DNA from: Klebsormidium nitens
Taxonomy: Eukaryota; Plantae; Klebsormidiophyceae
DNA: 64,000 nt
Reading direction: 5' to 3'
Assembly (NCBI GenBank): GCA_000708835.1
Contig: DF236964.1
Location: 1 to 64,000, forward strand
Part shown: positions 35,463-46,400 of the stretch, one piece after another
Position numbering within the stretch: the first letter of the stretch is position 1
How the letters are laid out: the number at the start of each line of letters is the position of its first letter
Translations under genes and position numbers: made by a program
The notes under the pieces: model-generated
Seen by the model: the letters and a program-made list of their open reading frames with translations, nothing else
Told to the model about the DNA's origin: nothing
Database searches by the model: none

Positions 35463-38400
35463 TTAACCCGGGTACGGCCGGCTGCCCAGCTGCGCCGTCA
35501 GCGGCTCAAGCTGGTCCCTAAGAAAGGCATATGCCGCGTCCGTACTTCCCGCCACAAACCGGACCACTAACGCTTCCCCTCCGGCGACCTTGCTAAATGA
35601 AAGAGACAAAAGGCCCTGTACACTAGCGTCCGCAGCCTCCGCTTTCGGACGACTCCCCACCGGTCCGTTCGTTCCGCCGGACGCCCTACTGCTATTGACG
35701 AACGAGCCGTTTGTTCCGCCGGAAGGACCCTCCGTTCCGCCTGAAACTCCAATCTTTCCGCTGGAAGGTCTATCCCTTTCGCTGGACGCTCCGTCCTGTC
35801 CTCCAGACGCTCCGTTGTTTCCGCCGGACGGCTGTTCCGTTCCGCCGGACGATGGAAGTGCTTTGCCGGACGTTCCGCTCGTTAGGCCGGACGCTCCAAC
35901 CATTCCGCTGTGGGCGGCACGTGCCGCAGCGAGGGCTCTGCTTTTCTGGAGGGCGACCATGCGCACTGGAAGTTGGTGCTCCAGTCGCCGTATCGTTTCT
36001 TTCACACGGGGCCTGCACGAATCAAAAACGGGAGATCAGAATCTTTCGTCAGGCGTAGCATGCTAGAAGGGTTACAACGTCTGATTCGTTTCGTAAGACC
36101 CGCGGGAAATTTTTAAAAAGCTGACTTTTACAACTAGGCTGGGCCCACTCGGAAACACTTTAGTCCGAGGACTTGCAATGTTTCGAAGAAGCGTGCCAAC
36201 ACCTTCATGGGCGACAAAGGATACGTCACGACCTACCGCTGCAAACCCACATAATCCAGAACAGATTCATTTCCTACTACCACTTCCCTTTGACTAGTTC
36301 TTTGCTCAGAACCCTTGATTTTATGCCGACGCTCAGCCGGATAATGACACGTGGCGCAGCACCGCTCACCCGATCAGCAGCATCATGCCAAGCACGTGCG
36401 CTCCCGCCATCCGATTCTTGACAGAGAGCCCCCGCCCGTTTTCCAGTCGCAGCTGCAAGACAACGGTGAGAGTGCGAGGACTGAGGACGATTGGCTTTTC
36501 AAGGAAACGAGGACCCTTGCGATTGCATTTTGGCTGCGGCAATGAGTGCGGAAGAACGGAAAGACAGCAAATGCGTGATTGAGTAGGAAAGAGAAGTGCA
36601 GGTTTACATTAGTCAGGTTGCGATCAAATGTGGAACGATGTGCGAGAAACATTTCGATGTCTTTCGACTGCGTGCACTCGATACTCATCTAAGAAGCCAG
36701 AGTTTGCGAGCGAAGAGAACACGCTGAAGGCTGAACCTCTTCAATCCACATTGGGATAACCCCCTCGCAAGCCGCGCGTTTGTCTACATCAGAATCCATT
36801 GCTACCTCACCCTAACGTACTCCTCATGAGCCCTCCTTTTCAGCTTCAGACCCACTTTACCCAGCCATAGGGATTCCCTTCGATTCATCCGTTCTGCCGC
36901 TTCGATCGAGCAAACGTCAACCAAAAAAACCAATACTCTGCTCTGGCAATCTCTCACTCTTACGCCCGAGGATTTACCTTATCCAGTAGCACGGGTTTCC
37001 CGTCCCGGTAGATCCGGTTCGCCGTCTCGAACGTGCTAAACCCCCAAACCTCGTCGCGCTGCCGGCGGCCGCTCGTCATCCAGTCGACGAGAACTAGACT
37101 CGCGTCTTTTTCCAGGTGGAAGGTTTGCTTTTGAACGTACTGGCTCCGTGCGAAGGGCGTGACGGGGTCCGGGAGCAGGGCGAACAGTGAGCCGGGGGCC
37201 AGGGTCACCTGTCGCCGAAAACTTGACACTGTCAGCTTGTTTCCAACTACTTTTGATCCGGGTAGTGCGACTTGAATTCCAAGATTCATATGCAAGTGCG
37301 CTCTGCTCCGTAAGCAATTGCTCCCATCTGCACGGCTCTGGAACAGCCGCTACATACATGTGTCCTCTTGGGATTTGACCACGGCATATTAAGGGCGCAC
37401 AGCATGGAACAGACAATCCGTTCTAGACCCCCTTGATTTATTGCGTCTGTCAGAAAGATTGTTGCTTTTCCCAACGGTTCTTGGGGGACGTCTGTTAGTG
37501 CTACTGGCAATTCCAACCTTCTCTAAAACGGCCGAAGTACAACGGGAAGGAGCAACGTTGGGAACAAACGAGAAGCCGATAGAAGGGCGTGTGCCCAAGA
37601 GTTCTCGAATCCCTCTTGAAGGGGTCTTTCATCCCGTACTTTCAAACAAAATGCACAGCGAGAATCCGACTTCACCTCCATGATTTGCTGCGAAGTTCTT
37701 CCCCCGTTTGAATGGTACACCTTGGAGGACGCTTGAGTGGTCAGGACTGCCGTGCAGGCCGCCCCGACGTCAACCCGGAAAGCGATGACGTCACCCTGCA
37801 AGGATGCGGCCTCAAGGGTCAGCTTAGATTTGAGAACTGTATTCTTCGGCATGAAAACAAACCACGCTTCCCAGAATCGCCCAGAACAATTCAGCGCTCA
37901 ACTCGGCCAGGTACAGAATCCCTTGGGAATTCGTTGGGTATCGTTCCGAACGAAGCTTTTTAACAAACAGAAAAAGGTTCACTAACTTCTTCGGAGAGGA
38001 TGGACTAACCGACAATTTCGCGAAAGGTACAATTGAAAAAGCCGAAGTTGGTTTGATTTGTCATACCAACGAGCCTTGACCTCCAAACCCGCAAACAACT
38101 TTGGGAGATGAAAGGACAAAATAGGAGCTTAGCAAATGATTCCGTTCACTTTCTGGAACGTTCATTTCTCAACTGCCTGACTTGAAAAGATGTACCACAT
38201 GTCAACTGAAGCCGACCAGACTATCACAAGCCCGCCGGGTCTGGCCCTGATGACGACACCGCTTTGCAAAGCATATTTGCAAGGCGCCAATGCAGTAGAG
38301 GTAAAATGGGAAGAAAATCTTGAGAAGAGGGAGCGTACCGCCACAATTCCTCCCCCATACTGCAGCATGTACACCCACACGGCATCCACCGATGCAGTTG

Positions 38401-38931
38401 CCACCTGTAGCAAACCAGCCATTGTGAGGAAATGCACGTGGAGAGTTTTTGCGTCAGAAAAAGGAGGGAAGCCAATACTTGAGCCTACGCAAGCTAGACC
38501 TTCTAAGTTTACATCGTGGTCTGCCTCTGAAACACCTTTCTTGCATGGAAGTAAGAAGGAAACCACATCATGCTTCGCCTCAAAATAACAGCGCGTACAA
38601 GGGCGCGAGAAGATGATCGTGGATAAGGATGCCACACAGAACTGAGGTCGGAAAGTCAAGTTGGAAAATAGCCACCGCTTTCTTTCTATTCTTTACTTTA
38701 CTCCTAGAGAACACATTGCGCAGCAAACTGAGAAGCGGGACGCAAAGTGCTTCCAACCTCGGCTGAAGTAAAGGACGACTCAGCAAATCGAGAGACGTGT
38801 TAAGAGTAACGGGTAGTGCGTACCTTGGTCGGGACCATGAACTTGAGGGGGATCGTTGCGAACACCCTCGCCGCGACAGTCTTCCCGCCCTCCCGGCTAA
38901 AGGCCAACTGGCCCCACTGCGGCCCTGCCAT
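35463..38931 (-). CDS. ureD: Urease accessory protein UreD (6 exons)
   Basis: MAGPQWGQLAF..ATIPLKFMVPTK|..VWVYMLQYGGGIVA|GDVI..CTAVLTTQASSKVY|..LLPDPVTPFARSQYVQKQ..LVLVDWMTSGR..|..RM..VLGMMLLIG|..VVRFVAGSTDAAYAFLRDQL..LGSRPYPG*, characteristic of plant UreD. Confidence 0.93.
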
Positions 38932-39136
38932 CTTTTCCGGCGACCTACTACTCTTTCCGCCCCTTTACAGGTCGCCCACAAGCGGGTTAGCGCGGACAAA
39001 CCCTCCTCCTAACCCTGGAATGTACCACCAACCGATGTCAACCGGCGAACTGAGACGAGTAGATCTCAAACCTTTCCCGGAGAAGCGGCCAACTCGCTCA
39101 AAGACTTGCTGAACCCTGTTATCGTCCCAAACCCTT

Positions 39137-42100
39137 TTAACTCCGGAAGAGGCGCGAGAAGAGGCGGTCCTGACCCCCTTGAACGATGTCGAGCAGAGGG
39201 GCGGTCTGACGTGCGTCCTCGATAGGGCGGTCTGAGTAGAGGGCGGCGAAGGCTTCGGCTTGCGGAAAGAGCGCACCCTGCAGGAAATGACGTCAGACGA
39301 TGAGATGAGGCTTGATGAAAGCGGAGTACATTATGAAGCCGTTTGAAGAACGGGGCAGTCATTGAGATACGACACCAGCGGACGCATGAACCCCCTAAAA
39401 GCGGCCCAAGACACCGGGAGTCTGCACCGCTCTGCGCATCGAATTGGTGTATGGATGCAAGGGCCTTTAAGTCTCCGGCGCTCCGGCGGCAAAACGAGGA
39501 GTGTTCCGCCCTTAGACCAAGACGTATAGCAGTCCATCATGAAGAATCTGCAAAATGGGACCCTGGATTGATACAAGCTCCCCGCAGCACAATCTCTCCC
39601 GTCCATCTGCTCAAGACAGACCGACTGTCTTTAGGATTTCTGCTTTCTGAATCGCTTCAAGAGTCCGCGGCCTTACCTGCAGGATGGCCGCCTCGAGGGG
39701 CCCAATGAGGTTCAGCCGAGTCGCCGCTGACGTCATGTCGCGCAGCGCCATAAACAGATATGCCCTCTGCTCAGGAGATGGTGTGATTGATTCAAGGTCA
39801 CTTTCTGACAATGCACGAGACTGCATAACCTTCCTTAGTAAAGCACGCCACATGCGATACCTTTTCGTACGTTTCATGCACCTCCAGGCATTGGTTTTGA
39901 TAGAACAGAGAGCTTGCGGCGAGCTGGGAAAAGCTCTTGTTCGCATAGTGCAGTTGCCGCTTTGCAACTTGATTCTGAATCAGATACCTCATAGTATTCT
40001 GCTACTCACTTCGTGGTTGTCAGCAAAGATTTTCGCTTGACAAAGTCAACGGCAGAGACTATGCAACAGCCCACCATAATCAGATCGGACTTTACCAGAA
40101 GCTTCCAATCGTCCTCTGCGGTTACACATCTTCAAAAACCTCTTTGTCGGCCTTTCTGGAACTCTGCATGCAGTCTGTTTGCATGTAATTTACCAACTGA
40201 CCAGGCGTGTTGGCAAGACTGGTTGAAGCCGAAGCAGTGTGGGGGTAATCGAACAAACGCGTCGGGAACCAGCTGTCCTACCTGGGCTGTGGCGGAGCTT
40301 ATTCCCACCCGGCTGCAAACCACCCCAAAGACCGGCGCGTGGTGACTGCGGGCGCCGTGCGAAGCGCGGGTGTGAACGCGCATCTCCTATAGAGCAGGAC
40401 AAAACGTTTTCAGGGCAAATGGAAAAAGCTTCCGCCCTGACGGACGCATCGCCTGCTCTCAAGGCTTACCGTTCCAGAACTTTTGCGTTTCCTTACGACG
40501 CTTGCAATATGGGCGCAGTGCAAGCATCCGCTACTGCCTGGACATGGTATCGAACAAACACTTTTCCTCATGCTCACATGTTCGCAAGATTGAACCAACG
40601 AACCTCAAGATACGAATAAGGGATCACAAGAACTCCCGGATAATTTGAACCAGAAGGTGTTCGCCTGAAGCCTTTCTCATCTCCAAATCTTGACACCTGC
40701 CATTATGTCGAACTAACGCTGTAAGGCCGATGCATCGCCTAGTCGAATTCAGATCCCAGAACCTGAAACTCGCTTGATCCGTCCGTCCTGTGGAAATACT
40801 CGCCGAGGCGCACCTTGAAGAACGCAATGCCTTGGTGAACACCTGCCACCACTCTCAGCAGCGCGGCCCCCTGCGTGGCGGACGCTTCGTTTGCCACGTG
40901 GTTGGACAGCGTGGCATCCATCGCAGCGTCCAATTCCTCCCACTCCGAGATCGAGCCCACCTTCAGGGAGCAAGCAAAAGGAGTTTCAAATCACGCCAGA
41001 AATCTGCGCTGACTGTTGCGATGCGAACAATAAAATAGAAAGCATGAAAAAGCCAATGTGAAATGCTTCAAGCCGACCTTGCAAATGAAAGAAAAACCAA
41101 AAAATATAGGTCCAGAGTTGCACGTGGTTCTTCTTGAGCCACTCTCAACTCGCTAGAAGAGAAACGACGACGATGTCTGCTCGGATCCGAGGATCTGCAT
41201 GAGAGTCTGCAAGGAAAGACTGGCTTCACATCGGCCTTGATGAAACATTCCATGGGGAGGAACTGAGACGAATTGCGCAAGAAAGCCCCCTCGCCCCGTG
41301 CTTGCAAGCTTGCAGGTCTTGGTCGTTTTGTAGAGCGTGAGTTCTTCTCTGAGTCCCAAAATGCTACAGCGAAACACTGTAAATAGTGCCACCTCTCAGT
41401 CTTCCATGTACGATTGAAGTGGTCTCAGAAGTGGGTTAACTTCTGCTTGCGCATCTTCCTAAATGGCTCCTTACCTGGTACCCTGCATAAACAAACGGCA
41501 GCAGCAGTGCGCCAACGTTCTCCAAGCTGCTGACCAGAAAGTCCCTGAGACCGGACGGTCCGCGCAACAGCCCCGCCTGCTGTGCTGCCTGCAAGGGCGC
41601 ATGGATGACGTCAGCGGCAGAACGCCGTGCTGGCTTTGAGCACCGTGAAGAGGATGTCAGCGGCAAATGTCAGGCTGCTTTCGAAGCAACGTCAAGAACT
41701 TCATCATACAATCCTTCGCAGCAGAGTTTATGGGGTGCTCACGATTGCACTGAGCAAAAGGTCATTCACTCGGTTAAGTCGACTAGATGTTTAGGCATGG
41801 GGCAAACTAGGTGCGAGCTTCAGTGACACGCTGGCAGCAACCTGAGAGCTTATGCAGAATAGCGAAGAACATCCGAAGGGGCTTTTGAGTGTGTTGGAGC
41901 GGAAACAGAGGCGGAAGCTACCCGAGACGAACGGCGTATTTAGTGCAACAATGAAGGAACTCGGGGTTGAAACGGCTCAGTCTCAGAGCAAGGAAATTGC
42001 TGGGCCACCCTATTGGCGACCTTTGCCAGGAAAAGGCCGAACAATCAATGTTTTCAGAACCTATAGAAGCCATGTAGGATCCGCAACAGTCTTAGGGACT

Positions 42101-42389
42101 TGGGCTTCGAAGAGCAAAAGCATACCCAAAGCTATCCATCTTGAACCTGTCGAACCAAAGCTTACTTCCTCGAACCGAGTGAAACACCACTTACCTCCAC
42201 TCCCAAGGAGTGCGCGAACCCGCCCGTCGGCAGCAGCGAGTCGACCAGCTGCCACGTCAGCCAATCATTGGAACTGGGCCCCGGAGCTGACACGTGTCCC
42301 CCCAGTCCTGGTTCCGACCCCACGCTTCCGCCTTCTTCCTGCGCTTCCGTCACTGTAGCCCCATCTTTTAGAATTTCCGCGTCCCCCAT
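39137..42389 (-). CDS. ureF: Urease accessory protein UreF (6 exons)
   Basis: WQLVDSLLPTGGFAHSLGVE|..LLLPFVYA..|LDAAMDATLSNHVANEASATQGAALLR|HHAPVFGVVC|AYLFMALRDMTSAATRLNLIGPLEA|..QTAPLLDIVQGGQDRLFSRLFRS*. Confidence 0.95.
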
Positions 42390-42516
42390 CAGAAGATTCC
42401 TTTCTGCCCGTCAGTCACTTTTGACCGTTCCCTTTACTTGCGCTCCTCAGGTGACGTTACTGCCTTTTAATTGTTGCATTCGATTTGGATCCCGCTGCCC
42501 TACGAAACCCGCTGTT

Positions 42517-43173
42517 TCATGGGTGCTGGTAACCAAACACCCTGCAGAACGCCCGCATGCTCTCCCTCATGACGTCATCGAACCTCACTTCCGCGCCGCC
42601 GGTCTCCCTCTCAAGTGACGTCACCTCCTTGTCCGCGATCCCGCATGGCACGATGTGCTCGAACCACCCCAGGTCAACCGTCGCGTTTAGCGCTAACCCA
42701 TGGCTCGTAACCCCCCGCGAGATCCTCACACCCACCGCCCCAATCTTCCGGTCTTCGACCCAGACCCCCGTTTCCGCGGGCACTTTCCCGCGCGCTTTTA
42801 CCCCCCAAACCCCGGCAGTTTGCACCATAACCTCCTCTAAACCCTCCACGTAAGCCCGCGCGCCGATCTTGGCTTCATGCAGGTTAAGGATGGGGTAGAG
42901 GATGACCTGGCCCGGCCCGTGGAACGTGACGTCACCCCCTCTGGAGATGTGGAAAACTTCGGCACCTAGCGCGTTGAGCTCCTCCGGGGTTTTGAGCAGG
43001 TTATGGACGGTTTGCCGCTTGCCGACCGTGTAAACGGGGGGATGTTCGAGTGCCAACAAAGTGTCGGGGACCGACTTTTGGGTACGGAGGGAGAAAAGCG
43101 TTTCCTGGATGCGGAGCCCGGCACCATAGGGTATGCGCCCCAGGCGCATGATCTGGAGGGCCTTGTGCGCCAT
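42517..43173 (-). CDS. lipB: Lipoyl(octanoyl) transferase LipB/LIP2, intronless
   Basis: 218-aa ORF with LEHPPVYTVGKR, RGGDVTFHGPGQVILYPI, RKIGAVGVRI, SHGLALN and IVPCGI motifs. Confidence 0.96.
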   Translation of the reverse strand: MAHKALQIMRLGRIPYGAGLRIQETLFSLRTQKSVPDTLLALEHPPVYTVGKRQTVHNLLKTPEELNALGAEVFHISRGGDVTFHGPGQVILYPILNLHEAKIGARAYVEGLEEVMVQTAGVWGVKARGKVPAETGVWVEDRKIGAVGVRISRGVTSHGLALNATVDLGWFEHIVPCGIADKEVTSLERETGGAEVRFDDVMRESMRAFCRVFGYQHP

Positions 43174-43341
43174 CTTGCTATGCTAAAATCCGTTTCCTAA
43201 CAATTCAATGGAGCTTACGCTTGAATTTACTAACTGGGGACTCCCGGCTCCTGTCGGAAGTGTAGTTCGCCGGGCCTGCTAGCTGACGAGAGCTGTTGCT
43301 TACCGCTCCAAATACGGAAGTACTCGTCATGTTTCCCAACC

Positions 43342-43349
43342 AAACCCTA
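43342..43349. promoter_or_regulatory. Telo-box-like AAACCCTA in the urease-lipB gap
   Basis: Exact AAACCCTA about 170 bp upstream of the lipB ATG. Confidence 0.3.
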
Positions 43350-43455
43350 GGTTACGTGAGCAATTTTCCCCGTGTGGATGTCTATCAGAAAGAGTATTTC
43401 AATTGAAGATATCTGCGCTACTTGTACCACTATTCACTACTGCACTGAACAGTGC

Positions 43456-46400
43456 TCAGAAGAGGAAGTAGTTCTGCGCCAGTGGCAGCTTCTCTGCCGG
43501 GAGACACGTGAGGGGGACGCCGTCCGCTGTGACTGAGTACGTTTCCGGGTCGACCTTGATCACAGGCAGCGCCGAGTTGAACTTCATGTCCTGTAAGGAA
43601 TACGAAACGCAACTGGATTCAGAAAGTGGGCAGCGAAAGCTGTTTGGTGAGGAGCAGAATCGATTTGAGTCCCGAGTGTACAGAGCGCTTGCCCATGGAA
43701 CGATTGAAGTACATCCGACAGAGACGATGAGAGGAGCAACTACTCTCAGACGAGCCTCTTGAACTTGGTCGGTCCAAGATTGGAGTGCCCTGCTTTCTGC
43801 AAACTCTCGATATACAACGAGTCGCAAGACCAATTGAGCTTTCTCGCCTAGCACCTGCTACGCTACAAGATTTCCATTGCGTCGACGGACGAAGCTCGAA
43901 ATCTGCAAGAATCGTCTTTCCCCACTTTCCGTTTGGACATGATGCAGAATTTGACAAGTGCAACCAATGATTCCTTGTCAATCCTCACCAAAGCAAAACG
44001 TCCAGATACGCCCGAGCGAACCAACAGAAGCAAAATTAACGTTAAGTAAACGTCCGAATCAGCTCACCTTCTTCGTGATTGTCCGACAGCCTTGGACTGC
44101 GACCGCCTCCTTCTCCAGTCCGTACTCTTTAGGCTTCCCCTTCTCGATCGCAGCCTGGCTCATGAACGCGAGTGACGTGGCGCCGACCGCCTTGCCCATC
44201 GCGCCGTACATCGGCCGCATCGCCATCTGCGACCGGTGTGAATGCGCTCGTCAGGGTGGTGTGAAGAAGCTCGTCAAGAAAGTGGAAACTGCTATTTCGG
44301 GAAGTTTCCTTGATTTTGCCTCAATTTTCTCGGAAAGGGATGCACTAAGCAGCAGGAATGATGAGCGGTAAGTGGGGAAACATAGACGACCGACCGACCG
44401 ACAGCCCAGGTCAGTTACACTTTCCGCAAAAAAGCAATTCTCACCGGCTGGGGGGTAGGAATGCTGGCGTTTGCATCCCCCATCTGCGCCCACGCGATGA
44501 TCCCGCCCTTGATCACCATCTCCGGTTTGGCGCCAAAGAAGGCCGGCCGCCACAGCACCAGATCGGCCAGCTTCCCGACCTGCGGACATTGACACCGGAG
44601 TTGAGGAAAGGCCTTGCGGAACGGGCTCAACACGGCCTTGGTGTCAAAGAAGAATTGCAACCATCCTGGATTTGGCGCCAGAGAAGGCCGGCCACAGCAC
44701 GAGATCGGCCAGCTTGCCGACCTGTGAATGTTGACACGGTCCAAGTCTAGCGAAAGCTTTTTGAACACGCTGAAGACGGCCTTAGTGTCAGAAGAAGGAT
44801 GTTGACCTTTTGAAGTTGACCCCTGAAAGAAGGCCGGCAGCCTTGGCGCAAAGGCCGCCAGCTTATTGACATCCAAAAGTAAGGCCAGCATACTTGTATC
44901 CCCTATTTCCAATGGTGAGGCTGTTGACTTTCACAGAACTTCGACACTTCAAGACTTACGACGAAAATTCAACAAAAGCTGGCTGTCAAAAGCTGCACGC
45001 CGAACCGCAGAACTTTCAATTCCAACCAAGAAACATCCCCAAGTCCATCAGCCCTAACACCCTAAAATCTCAAACCCCTAAGAATTCTAAGAAGCGCCAT
45101 ACTTCAGAGGACGACAATCCTGCAAAACCTTCTTCTTACTTCGGCAAAGCGGACGACGTAAACAACTTGGGTCATTCGCATCAGGTCGAAGGTGGGCTTT
45201 GACACGTACACTTGACACGTGGACACGAACCTAAGATTTTTAAACCCCCACACTGAGAATCTCAGAATCTTAAAGTGAAGGAATCAAACCCCTACCTCAA
45301 CAGAGCCGATGACGTGAGCAACCCCGTGCATGAGCGCCGGGTTGATGGTGTATTTGGACACGTAGCGCTTGACCCGGAAGTTGTCGTTGCCATGGTCCGC
45401 ATCTTCGGACAGCGCCCCGCGCTGGACCTTCATCTTGTCCGCAGTCTGCCACGTGCGAGTCACGACCTGCGTGGGCGAAAAACGGGCTTGCTTAGCGGCA
45501 GGAACGCTTACAGGGTCCAAGTTTCAGAGGCTTTCAATCTCTTCTTGCTGCACCCAAAGGTCTGAAAGGCCTGTTCGAGACCGCCGCAAGTCAGGGGCTA
45601 AAGCCCAGTCAGTCGTGCATTGCTTCATTAGGCAATTTTGATGGTCGTGTGAAGCTTTCGCTCCACAACCCGTTCAACTGAAAGCTTTGTCCAGATTGGG
45701 ATCTCAGGGAAGCTGGATTCAAGTACAGTTATACAGGCAAGACTTGGGATTGTTCCATAGACACAGATATAGTATGTCGTCAGAGTCTGGGGGCTTTTGA
45801 CTGGCACCGCTCAAGGTAGCTACCCGTACTACTTCCGGACTCCGTCCACATATAGATGTAAAGCTAGACCTTAGTCCGTTTGTTTCAACAAGGCCTGATC
45901 TTCCGCGATCGGTCATGTACTGTCAGCACTGGGAATGATATACGGACTGCAGCGGGTAAAGCAGGAGCGTATTCTCACCTCGCCGATGCGGCCCATAGCT
46001 TGAGAGTCCGACGACATGGTGGAAATCGCCCCCAGGTCGTGCAGGATATCCTCTGCGGCGATCGTCTCCCCACGGATCCGAGACTCGGCGAATGCGACGT
46101 CCTCTTTGGTGTTCTTGTCGAGGTGATGACACACCATCTGCGTCAAATTAGGCGTGAAAGTTCGTAAGGGGAGCTTCGTCATTGAACAATCACCCCAAGT
46201 TATGAAACTGAAGCCGTAAAATCCTAAAATCCTAGACCTTTAAAACCCTACAACCCCAAAGCCCTAGAACCCTAGAGCTGGTTGTGCAAGCGTCTGCGTC
46301 AGAATCCGTACAAAGACTCCTGAGGTGAAAGTTTTGTGCGAAGATCTGAATGACGTGTCGCAAAAGACAAGGTCCAAGCGGGAAAGTTCAGAAACTCCTG

